Position numbers and translations under genes: made by a program
In this document: piece after piece, positions 51,891 to 64,000 of the stretch
Numbering within the stretch: position 1 is the first letter of the stretch
Layout of the letters: the number at the start of each line of letters is the position of its first letter
Source of the DNA: Octopus sinensis
Taxonomy: Eukaryota
Reading direction: 5' to 3'
Assembly (NCBI RefSeq): GCF_006345805.1
Contig: NC_043008.1
Coordinates: 32,984,001 to 33,048,000 of the forward strand
Length of the DNA stretch: 64,000 bases
The notes under the pieces: generated by a model
Seen by the model: only the letters and a program-made list of their open reading frames with translations
Database searches by the model: none
What the model was told of the DNA's origin: nothing

Positions 51891-52400
51891 GACACAGAAA
51901 ACAAGGAGAGAAAAAAAATGTGTGTAGTGGCTAACGATCTATCATGGCAACGGGCTTCTTTCAGTTTCCATCCACCAAATTCACTCATAAGGCTTTGGCT
52001 TGCCAGGGGCTATAGTAGAAGACACTTGCCCAAGGTGCCACACAGTGGGAATGAACCCAGAACCATGTGGTTCGTAAGCAAGCTACTTACCACACAGCTA
52101 CTCCTGCGCCACATATATGCATAGAAAAAAATCATTCAATTGCACAATTAACATTATTTACTCATTGTAAGATAAATGAGCAAAACATGTTAATACCATA
52201 AGTTTTTGCTTCAGCAACGAAAGATTTTGTTAAGATCAATAAGTCAACAGAAGCTGGTTATAGAGGTTAGTTGACTTGGATAGCAGCTAGAGCATTGAAA
52301 AATCTCTTTTTTTTTACCCATAAAAATTAAACAAAAGTATTAATTAAAATGCTTTTCTAATTAATCATATATACTAACCATAAATAGAAAACATACATGG

Positions 52401-52465
<65 letters not shown>

Positions 52466-53314
52466 TACACACACACACATACAGGCACATGCAGTAGTAT
52501 CAAAGAATGAAAATGGGTGCTCAACACTGCATTTGGTGGATAAATATTTTTTATTTATGGATCAACAAGCCAACCACTGGTTCATGGGGTAAAAAACTTG
52601 CATAATCTTTAAGCAATCCACTTGACAAATCTTTTATTTTTTTTACTTGTTCAAGTCAGTAGACTGCAACTATGCTGGGGCACTGTCTTGAGGAAATTCA
52701 GTCAAATGAATTGACACCAGTACTTCGTTGAACTGCTAATTCACTGTGATGCAAACACCCCTAGCACCAGTTATCAAGCAGTAGTGGGGGACAAACACAG
52801 GTAAAAAAGACACAAACATATATATATACACACACATGTATATATATATACACATTCATATTTATATGAATATTAATACATATATATATATTAATACACA
52901 CACACACATACACAAGCTTATGTATAACTTTTGTTGTATACTGATCTAACAAAAGACATTAGAATTTGAAGAAAAACAAGTGTTAAGGCCATGATGAAAC
53001 AGAGCTCAGAATTATTATTTCTATAAAGGAATCAGTTTCTTATTCTCACATGTATTATTGTCATCAACCTCTAGCAGCAAAGGTTCTCACGACTTTTAAT
53101 TAAAGTTGTTTTATTTTTTTAACTAATAAGCTACTTTTTAAAGTTTTTACTTTCTCTATATTGTCTTTATAAACTATTATAAATGTCAACATATATATAT
53201 ATATATATACACACATACATAGTTCAAATTTTCCAAAAAAAATACAAAAATCAAAGACAGGTGTAGGAGCAACAAGCAGGTGCATTAGTGCTTACACTCA
53301 AGAAAAATGGAAAA

Positions 53315-53352
53315 TCTTTTACGTTTCAAGCCTGCTCTTTTTGACGGAAAGG
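53315..53352 (-). ncRNA. Decayed copy B of the U6 hammerhead-like family
   Basis: Minus strand CUUU-CCGUCAA-AAA-GAGC-AG-GCUU-GAAA-CGU-A-AAAG. Flanks are homologous to 51762-51935. Confidence 0.5.
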
Positions 53353-53497
53353 AATAACGGGAAAAAAATGGAGAGAGGAAAAAACTGTGCAGAGTTCAGC
53401 AGTCTAACATGGTGGGATATATGTATATATGTATATATATAAGTGTGTATATATATATATATATGTGTGTGTGTATGTATATATATATTTATATATA

Positions 53498-53559
<62 letters not shown>

Positions 53560-53624
53560 TTTGGTGATACAAATAGATAAATTAGAACTCAAAACATGAA
53601 TATATATATATATATACTTTTATT

Positions 53625-53768
53625 AATATTTAGCAGAGGTAAGAGAGTGACTCAAGAGCAGAGAGATTCGTGCATTAGCACTTATGAAAGTTTTTGATAT
53701 AAGTTTAGTAAGTGCCAACACCCAAAACTTTTGACCTTTGAGTTACTTTGTTATTTCTGCTAAATATT
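53625..53768. mobile_element. Short foldback/MITE-like element, related copies at ~49073-49163 and in the duplicate unit (~50745-50835)
   Basis: Ends aatatttagcag...gtgactcaag / ctttgagttac...ctgctaaatatt. The same gtgactcaagg / cctttgagtca arms occur at 49073-49163. Confidence 0.6.
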
Positions 53769-54548
53769 GATATATACACACATATGTATATCTATATTTA
53801 TGCATATATATGTATTCCTGTATGTGTATATATATATATATATGCAGACACATGTATATACATACATATAAATACATTGATATATAAACACACTACCACA
53901 ACTTTCTCCATATATACATATGTGTGTGTGTAATGAAATGTTTATTTTCTAAAATGCCTCAAATTCTTTAACCGATGGATTTTTCTGCTTTCTTGTTTGA
54001 TTCTTATTTAATTTACAACAATAGATGACTATACTTGTAATGCCTTGATCCAAATATTTCCAATTAATTAATAATATTAAAAAAATTAGTTGTATTTTTG
54101 TCAAGCATCATAGAGCAAGTGGAGGACTTAAATGGAGATACTATCTGCATTGAAACTTTAAACACAAATCCATCACTTGTTTTATTTTATTTTTGCTATG
54201 CTATTTCCTTTGGGAAAGGTAAGAATGATGTAGCTTATAATTCCTTTAGACCAAGGATGATAAAACTTTTATGCTGAAATTTAAAATATATATTATTAAA
54301 GATATTTCACAACAATGATTGTGTCCATTGATTTGTGAATGTTGTCAATCACTTGTTTTAGAACGTTGTCAATCATTTGTTTAACATCATATATAGTTTT
54401 ATATCATTTATACCACATGGTTTTCAGTTGGGTCCCACAAAGCAGAACTTTGGGCAAGTGGCTTCCACTATAATCCTAGGCTGACCAATACCAATCTGTA
54501 TGGAAGCCTATTGTGTATATATGTGTGTGTATGTCCTTATGTTCATTC

Positions 54549-54592
<44 letters not shown>

Positions 54593-54753
54593 CACAACCT
54601 GTATTGAGTTGTATGTGACCTTGTGACTTAGTGGTTCAGCAAAATGGACCAACAGAATAAGTACCAGATTTTTAAAAAGTCTCTGGGATTGTTGCGTTCA
54701 CATAAATCCTTTACGTATGGCTGTAGACTGAAACATGTTTAAAATAAAAGATA

Positions 54754-54910
54754 GGCACAGGTGTGGCTGTGTGGTAAAAAGCTTGCTTCCCAACCACATG
54801 GTTCCAACTTCAATCCTGCTGTGTGACTACTTGGACAAGTGTCTTCTACTATAGTTTCAGGCCAACCAAAGCCTTGTCAGTGGACTTGGTAGACAGAAAC
54901 TGAAATAAAC

Positions 54911-54996
<86 letters not shown>

Positions 54997-55152
54997 TCTT
55001 CCATTCCCGTAACTTAGCAGTTTAGCAAAAGGACCAATGGAGTAAGTACTAGGCTTTAGAAAATAAGAACTGAGATCAATTCATTCAACTAAAAATTCTT
55101 CAAGGCAGTGTTCCAGCATGGCCACAGTCTATTGATTGAAACAAGTAAGAGA
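54754..55152 (+). mobile_element. Composite SINE
   Basis: Same head and tail as 4321-4716. Confidence 0.85.
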
Positions 55153-57499
55153 TAAAACAATAACTATGCTCCAACAAATACACTTGGTGAGTGTATAAAA
55201 GTCATTTACATGACTATTCATATTCATATACCAACAGACATGTATGTAGAAACAATCAAACATAGCTTGAAAAATTAAGAGATAGAATTTGCAAAATGAT
55301 GTTCTATCTGTTTACATTCTATTCACCTAATTTTGCTAAACACTAACATATCCTCATATTAACTAACAGTTAACACTAATATATCCTCCAGCTATTCTCT
55401 ACGCATGATTGTAAGAACTGAAGTATAAGTTGGACAGCCCTGACAATCATTTACAAGAGATTGTCAATCATGAATAAGTGACTGGCAGTGCTCCTGCATG
55501 GACATAGCCTTTGTGCTGAAACATATAAATGAAGACCAAAATAACAGTTCATTACATTGATAAAGATAAATCTTTTAAAGTATATGTATAATTTACATTT
55601 TTTTACCAAACATCCTTCATTAAACAGGAATCGTATCAAATAAAATATACCCAAAGTATGTTTTTTGCTGGTTTGATACAAAAATAAGAAGGGGCTTCTT
55701 GTAGTGCCATATGAAAAGAACAGTAAATTACATATGTGTATGTGTATTTGCAAAGTTGTATGAATGAACTAAAAGTACTCAATACAGTGAGCTGGCAGAA
55801 TCATTAGCATGCTAGATGTAATGCTTAATGGTATTTCACCTGTTGTTATGTTCTGAGTTCAAATTCTGCTGAGATCGACTTTACCTTTTAGGTCGATGTA
55901 ATCAACAAGTTGCCTCCCCACAAATTTCGGCCCTTGTGGCCAATAAAAAAGGATAATTATAGTCAATAACATTTGTAATATTTCATGTTTTGCATCTCCA
56001 GGCAAGAAACTTGAATTAATGGAAAATTAGAGAAGATTAAAATATAAGCACAGACAGAATTGTGTAGTTAAGAAGCTTGCTATGCAATCACATGGATATT
56101 TTTGTTCAGTCCCACAATGCAGCATCTTCAACAAGTGTCTTCTATTATACCCTCAGATCAATAAATACCCTGTGAATGAATTTGGTAGGTGGAAACTCCT
56201 GGAAGCCTGTTATATATGTTTATGGTATGACTTTGTGTTTGTGCTTGAAATAAGTACTGAGGTTTATATGATACACTAAACCTTTTAACCTGGTGCTCCA
56301 GTATGGCAGCTGTCCAATGAATGAAACCAGTAAAATATTAAAAGAATAATGTGTATGAGAGAGAAAGAGTGTGTGTATCTTTATCTATCAACATAATGTA
56401 CATGTGTATGTATGAGTGGTGCGAGGGGATAGTATTAAAAGCATAAATGTAGCTATAGAGCTTCTGTTGAAGATTTTCAAGTTTACATATCTTATAATTT
56501 ATTGTTACAATGTAACAACTGCAGAAACTCTTCAACAATTTATTTCGCTGCAATATCTTTGTTCTTATTGTTCAATGCTTTTGCCCAAGACATAAAAAGT
56601 GTCCTTTGTTTCCCTCGTTTCAAAGCACACCAACCATTGACTCTGCCTGTGAGCAAGAGTTTATAAGAATGATAATGTAATTAAATCGTCATCAAATTTA
56701 AAACCAGTAACATGAGGTTAAGTTCATATTATAGTTCACATTGTGCATGTATGTGTGCCTGTACATGCACGTGCATATACACACACACACACACACATAT
56801 AGTGGGTTTTCATCATCAGACAATGAGAATTCATTTGTTTCATCAATGAAGTACCTGCTCCTGAAGTAACAAGTAGTTGAGCCTTACATAAACACATATA
56901 GCTTTAACTTAATTCTCAGACAGAATTAGTATAACACATTTAGTAACAAAGTTATTCCTTTTGAATTACAGATACAATTTATCTGATGGGCTTCTATGCA
57001 GTTTCTATTTACCCAATTTCACTCACAAGTAATGGGTCAACCTAAGACTATAAGGAATGACATTTGCTCAAGATGTCACACAGTAACATCAAACCCAGAA
57101 TTACTTAACCATTTGGCCATATTGTGCCTAATGAATTGATAACCATTTTTTCTCAATAAATGCTACTTATGTTTCAATAGCATGGTAGTTAATTTGCACA
57201 TGACATGTTACATAATAACATAATATGTGAGATTTTACAACGTGCTTTATTACCAGCCATTTCCTCATGCATCTGGAACTATCAATAGTTCTGTCTGCCT
57301 TGACATGTACAACAAGAGTTGTTACAGAATATGGATTTGCAGAGTACTTAATATCATTTAAAGAAAGTTAATACTGTGATGCTTCTTCTACAGACCAGAT
57401 GATAGGCTAAGAATTTTTATTAGTATCTGTCTCAAGCTAAATACAAGCTGAAGTGTCACTGGGTTGATAACCATAATTATTGAAATCCCTACCAATTGG

Positions 57500-57530
<31 letters not shown>

Positions 57531-58750
57531 ATATATGGTATAATTAATGAAATCTTTTGGAGCTATAATGAATAATGTTATGTCATTTATTTAATTCGTT
57601 TTATAGATTTATAAATCACCTAAAACTGTCTTGCTTGGAATAGATGTAGCAGGAATATCTATTTTGTTTTGGAAAAAGTTTGAGGAAAAGAAATTGTGCT
57701 GTAATTTAAGGGGGTTGTCTTTTTAAGTGTTGATGCTAGGTGTATACATATCTATAAGCACACACACACATATGTACATGATTATGTGTGTGCATGTGTA
57801 TGTATATGTATGAAAAATGTGTATTTGTGTCCATTTGTGTACCCACAGATATGCACATGCATAGTATCAACACTTAAGAGAGACAAAAACTTTAGATAAC
57901 ATGAGTTAGCTCCTGTTTCCTAACTCTACCCAAAACAAAGCAAACATTCCCGGTGCTTCAGTTCCAATCAAAACAGTTGCAAATTGTTTATACACCTGAA
58001 GGGTGAATTATGCAAATAGGACACATCATGAAACAATTCATAGGGTATACTAGAGATTGAATTATTCCAGAATAAACTCTACCAAACTGGCTCTGTTATA
58101 TAACAATATAACAGAGCTAGTTTATATATGACAATCATGCAAATACATACACACGCTTTCATTCTTTGCCTAATTTCAGTAATTGAACTGCAGCCATGAT
58201 GGTTGGAGAATGCTGTCTTCAAGGGTGAAGTTTTTCATATTAAGTCCAATACTTATTTTAGTCTGAGACTAATTTTATTAGTCTTTTATTTGTCAAGCTA
58301 CTCATTTATGGCACACAAGGTAATGTAATGTAACATAAACAATACTAGATTTTAGATCAGTGTAAACATAAAAAATCATACACATGTACAAATGTATGCA
58401 AATTTGTATTCACCAAAAGACAGCCTGAGACTATACCAGAAGTCACTGGCAAATTTCTTTACTTACCCAGGCACGTCCCAGATGTGTGTATCTCTCTCTC
58501 TCTCTACATATATATATATATATACACATACACATACAAATTCACACATATGTATAGACATACGTACACATATATACATTTAAATACATATGCATATCTA
58601 TATCTATCCATCTTTTTCTTTCCCTATATATATATATAGATATACACACACACACATATCCATATATTGAAATGCATATATGTATACCTATATCTATTTT
58701 TCTCTCTGTTCAATTTTTCATTCTTTCTCCATATTTTTTCTCCTCTTAAT

Positions 58751-58790
58751 CCTTTCTGTCAAAGACCATCGGCTTGAACTGTCGAAGACT
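58751..58790 (+). ncRNA. Decayed copy C of the U6 hammerhead-like family
   Basis: CCTTT-CTGTCAA-A-GACC-ATCG-GCTT-GAAC-TGT-C-GAAG-ACT. The downstream ~90 bp is homologous to the flanks of copies A and B. Confidence 0.45.
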
Positions 58791-59614
58791 TTTCCATTCT
58801 TCCTGACTGTTAAACTAATACACCTGCTTGTTGTTCCTTCACCTGTCTCCGTCTTTTATTCTCTGTAAATTTGAACGATATGTATATACACATGCACACA
58901 CACACACACACACATACGTACAGATAAATATGAAGTCAATATCACATGAACTCTTATCAAGTGATCTCTAGAGTAATGAAAAATCCTACTCTAAATACAC
59001 AAGTAAATGAGACCAATTTTTACAAGTATTAAGTGTGCTCTCTTTTTATGTTTGTATTCTCCAAAAGTACATACATATATTATACATACATATATTATCA
59101 GATGTCTAAAAACTTTAATCATAAGTGAGTACTGAACAATCATACTTCACTGTATGTACAATCACATGTGAGAAGAATACCGTAGCTGTGAGTTTAAAGT
59201 ACTCAACTATTGACCATATGATCATGAGTTCAATCCTTACTACTTCAATTATGTGTTTATGAGCTGTACTTTTGAGCAAGGTACATAACCTTTTTTACCC
59301 CATGTTCCACTCCACCTGCAACATGCAATGTGGAGAGGTTAGGTGTAGTAAGAGTGTCCAACTGTAAGAATAAATATTTAAAAATACAAACCATCCCATT
59401 CAAAAGTATCAAAATATATTACGTGATTCAGTTAAAAACAAAATGTATATATATATATATAATCTGAAATGTATAGTATTAACTATCCATCATGGCTGAT
59501 CTTACCAATAAGTTTCATGTAAAGAATACGATGGAGTGTTAGATAACAATCCGATTATATAACTTTACACTCATCAGAGTTAGCTGCTATGGAAGGGAAT
59601 ATAACGACTGCTCT

Positions 59615-59628
59615 CTCTCTATATATAT

Positions 59629-59689
<61 letters not shown>

Positions 59690-59697
59690 TTCATATA

Positions 59698-59746
<49 letters not shown>
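59615..59746. repeat. (AT)n microsatellite
   Basis: Direct read. Confidence 0.95.
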
Positions 59747-59751
<5 letters not shown>

Positions 59752-59849
59752 AAAATAGGATAACATTTTTATAAGAATTTATCAAGTAGTTAGTGTGAAA
59801 AACCTCATAAGAGAAAAATCCATCAATTTTTCTTTTAAATAATTTATTC

Positions 59850-60085
59850 ATATTCAGGGCATTACTATACATAAATGCCACACACTAGGAGGGACTCTTA
59901 AAGTCAAAAACTACAAAAATAAATAAACACATAATACCGAATACAGGGGAATGCATCTCTCAAAGCTCACTTCAAGAGTTGCATTCCCCCATATTCGGTA
60001 TTATATGTTTATTTATTTTGGTAGTTTTTGACTTTAAGAGTCCCTCCTAGTGTGTGGCATTTATGTATAGTAATGCCCTCAATAT
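59850..60085. repeat. Foldback palindrome, ~110 bp arms, ~14-nt loop
   Basis: agggcattactatacataaatgccacacactaggagggactc... pairs with ...gagtccctcctagtgtgtggcatttatgtatagtaatgccct. Confidence 0.95.
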
Positions 60086-60090
60086 ACATA

Positions 60091-60131
<41 letters not shown>

Positions 60132-60767
60132 TATACACACACAAACACACTGATATATGTATATGTACAGACACATATACATATATATATATATATACAT
60201 ATATATATACATATACACATATGCATATATATACATATATGTATATATATATATATATCCATATATATATAAACATGTGTGTGTATATATATATATATAT
60301 ACAAACATATATATAGATATATACATATATATATGTATACATATGTATATACATGTATCCATATATATATGTGCATGTATACATATATATATATATATTA
60401 TATATACATGTATACATATAAAAGTATACATATATATACTTATATACATATACATATATGTTTATACATAATATATATATATATATATACATATATATAC
60501 ATATATATATATACACGTATATAGATATATATATGCATATATATATATATATACATGTATGTATATATATATACATATATGTATCATATATATATGCACA
60601 TATATATACATATATATACATATATAATATATATACATATATATATACATATACACATATGCATATATATACATATATGTATATATATATATATATATCC
60701 ATATATATATAAACATGTGTGTGTATATATATATATATATACAAACATATATATAGATATATATATG

Positions 60768-60802
<35 letters not shown>

Positions 60803-61262
60803 ATATATATATACATGTATACATATAAAAGTATACATATATATATATATACATGTATACATATAAAAGTATACATATATATACTTATATACATATACAT
60901 ATATGTTTATACATAATATATATATATATATACATACATATATACATATATATATATACACGTATATAGATATATATATGCATATATATATATATATACA
61001 TGTATGTATATATATATACATATATGTATCATATATATATGCACATATATATACATATATATACATATATATATATATACATATATATGTATATATATAT
61101 ACATATATATATCATATATATACATATATATATCATATATATACATATATATATATACATACATATATATTTGTGTATATATATATGTATATATGCACAT
61201 ATATATATATATAATATATATACATATATATATATATACACATATATATAGATAAATATATA
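60080..61262. repeat. Compound (AT/CA)n tract with ~445-bp higher-order repeat
   Basis: Distinct words recur ~445 bp apart: ccatatatatataaacatgtgtg, catataaaagtatac, cacgtatatagat. Confidence 0.85.
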
Positions 61263-61809
61263 TGTTAGTTTAGTGATTTTGATATAATCCCCAATTTGGA
61301 TTTTATTATTGATGTCGTTTGGTAATTCATTTTTTTTTAATACAACAATGTAAAATATTTTCCTTATGTTTAATCTGATTATTTTTTCCTTTCAATATGT
61401 GTAAAATAAAGTAATTTGTTGTCACTTTCTTTCTTAGCAATCGTTAAGTAGAAAATGGAAGCATTTATTGTTTTTATAACCAGTTTTCTTTCATTTCTGG
61501 GTTGTTGTGTTTTTGGAGGTTTTTTTTTTAATCTATTTTTTTTTTAAGTTTGTATCAAAAGAAAAACAGAAAAAAAATGCAAAAGTACAAATTATTCTAC
61601 CAACAAATTGCCATTTACTGTGTATGCTTGAACACAAACAAGGTTTTCTGTCAGAAACTGTTCCTTAAAATATATGGGAGTCTCTTTGTATTTGAGTTTT
61701 TATGAAATCTTTATGATTCTCGCTCTCTCTCTCTCTTCCTATCTCTCTCTCTTTCTTTCTCTTTCTCACTCTCTCTCTCTCCCCCCTTTTCTTTCTATAA
61801 AGAAAAGTT

Positions 61810-62095
61810 CGCAATGTAAGATATGTTATCCATTCAACACTGACCAAGCCAATCCACTTTTAACATTGGTAGCTACTCATGAAAAGGTCAGCAATTTCAT
61901 CATCTTTAATATTGTGCCTGAGTTTGCTTATCATTAACTTGTAAAATATTTATCTTTCTCAAAGCTCCAATGATATGATAAAGCTTGAATTTTGTGATTG
62001 AAAAGAGTGTCCATATATATGATGTTCTGAAAGCAAGTCCAATCAAAATTAATATTTTGGGAGATGTAAATTACAACCTGCTGAAGAAAGTCTGC
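61810..62095 (-). pseudogene. Harbinger/ISL2EU-like transposase relic (HTH region)
   Basis: Frameshifted ...CFQNIIYMDTLFNH...HWSFEKDKYF / LMISKLRHNIKDDEIADLF...KWIGLV resembles the 'LS.EDQF.LTLMKLR.N...DLA.RF...WI' motif. Confidence 0.5.
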
Positions 62096-64000
62096 ACTCT
62101 TGCAATTAACCATTTATTATTTATTCTTTGTGGAAAATGAACTCTGAGTGAAAACTAAAAAAAAAACGGAGAAAACTTTGTACGAACTCAAATATAAAAA
62201 CTGCATCTTCCCCTTTTGAAGGTCAAATCTGAAGAGAAAAAGAATTTTTGCTTTATGTTCATGCAAATATAGTATTGTTTCTATCTTCTTTGCTTTTGAA
62301 ATAAATTGATAAATGAAATGCAAATGTAACTCATAGATTTGTGAGCACCTCAGGAAATGTGTGTGTGTATGTGTGTGTGAGATCTTCCTTAATGGAGCAA
62401 GCAGACCAGAAGTTCAGCATAATGGCATGTGGTGTGTGCTACATGTCACATCTGTTGATACTGGAGCAGGTTGCGCTCATCCAAAAGTAAACTTTAACAC
62501 ACAATTTTATAAAACATTGAATATTATATATTTATAATTGTATAACAGATACTATGTTTGAGAGTCAAAGTTGGTCAAGATATTTAGAAATGTTCCAATG
62601 TTGGACTGCCAACATCTTATTGATTTTTGTCATTGAATTTTAGATTGCCAAATTTATTCCTTATTTGAAAATAAAAAACAAAATGAAATATTAAAATAAA
62701 CAAACAATAAAGAGTAAAATAAACAAGGTGCTGTGTCTAGGTTGATAATATTGTTGTCACAAATCTTTTGGAATTACAAAATACTAGATATAGAGGCACA
62801 AGACCTAGGAATAATTGACAAGGAGAGATGTGAGTTTATATAGTATTTATGCTTTAATATAAGGCATTAGCAATATAAGTGAGATGAAATAAATAAAAGA
62901 AATCAAACTGTGTTGCAGACTTGTCGTATGCGAAGTCTATGATGCCCTTTGCCTCAATGTCCATTAAGCCTTAAAGAGATCATAAACCATAATTTCAATT
63001 TCATTGTGTCTAGTAGAAAAATAATAAATTCCAATCTTAGGATGCCAGTTTTTTTCAGGTGACTTCCCTAGAGCTGGTACCCATTCCTGTGACAACTATG
63101 TGAAACAGAGGCTTGTGAATCAATGAAAATACAAAATAAAAATACCCAGGCTATATTTGGACATACATATATATATCTATCTAAGGCAGTGCTCCAGCAT
63201 GGCCACAGTCAAATGACTGAAACAAGTAAAAGAATGTATATATAATGTATGTAAGTTGATCCCTAATTCCTTTGTTCGCTCAATTATTTGAACTCTACTC
63301 ACATGAAAACGATATATTAGCTTCTTAAGAAAATTAGTTTTTGCTTATCACATAAAACCTTTAATTAAAAACACTTAACCCTTTGCTTATAACTAAACAC
63401 ATAAGAAACTACAACCCAATAAAGAAGCATCTCAATGGTTTTTCATTTTTGTTAGAAATAGCAACCAAATTTCACTCAAACCACATACTACTGTCTTACA
63501 AAAAAAATGGATTGGCAAAGTCATTAGAGCATTGATTGAAATGCCTTGTAGTGTTTATTCTGGCTCCCTGTGATCTGGGTTCAAATCCTGCCAAATTCAA
63601 CTTCGCCTTTCCTTATTTCAGAGGCAATACAATAATATAACAATTCAAGGCAGTGACTTTCTGGAATTGACTGAACATGAAACAAAACACCTTGCATTCT
63701 GAGTTCTTGGGAAGAACATTTAATCATCACTCGATTGTTTAACACCTATACCTGCTACTCAGGTGCCTTTAGCAGAGTTCACTCTATTGCAAGCATTTGG
63801 ACTAAGGGCTCCAGTTTGAAGTATATGGCCTAGTGGTCAGGGTGTTTCGCTCATGATCACAAGATCATGGTTTCGATTCCTGAAGTAGACAGTGTATTGT
63901 GTTCTTGAGCAAACACTTCATTCACGTTGCTCCAGTCCACTCAGCTATAGATGAGTTCCAACAACAGCTGGCAAGTAAACCTTGTAACAGACTGATGTCC

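Noticed and set aside
57440-57502. CTGAAGT...GAAAT...ACCAATTGGT, hammerhead-like words
   Set aside because: Stem II and stem III cannot be formed in register and the core is mismatched.
59525-59572. Minus-strand CTGATGA followed by a GAGTGT/ACACTC stem
   Set aside because: No GAAA or stem III follows, so it is not a hammerhead.
42132-61255. Many 60-270 aa ORFs rich in Y/I/H/T/C/V/M
   Set aside because: They are translations of (AT)n, (CA)n and (CATA)n microsatellites, which lack stop codons in some frames.

Overview
AT-rich, repeat-dense animal genomic DNA. The SINE families, (AT)n/(CA)n load and intron sizes point to an octopus (coleoid cephalopod); this is inferred, not searched. The one well-supported gene is the 3' half of a Na+/Ca2+ exchanger (NCX/SLC8-like) on the + strand. 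Six exons (8989-9067, 33330-33449, 34921-34996, 35178-35331, 39221-39396, 46897-47040) have GT-AG boundaries and compatible phases. They splice into one frame containing the alpha-2 repeat (GTSLPDT...GNITGSN) and the GELGG motif, ending in TAG. The rest is intronic or intergenic: dozens of tRNA-headed SINEs, decayed RTE, Tx1 and CR1 LINEs, two Tc1 elements, mariner, hAT and piggyBac-type MITEs, a Harbinger-like transposase relic, long foldback palindromes, microsatellites and a near-identical ~1.68 kb tandem duplication downstream of the stop codon. The most interesting unexplained signal is a set of minimal type I hammerhead-ribozyme-like motifs of the Penelope-element kind, from several unrelated repeat families. 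One three-copy family consistently carries U instead of the normally invariant A6 of the catalytic core. Nearly all ORFs in the supplied track are microsatellite, SINE or TE artefacts. Coordinates of decayed repeats are approximate.
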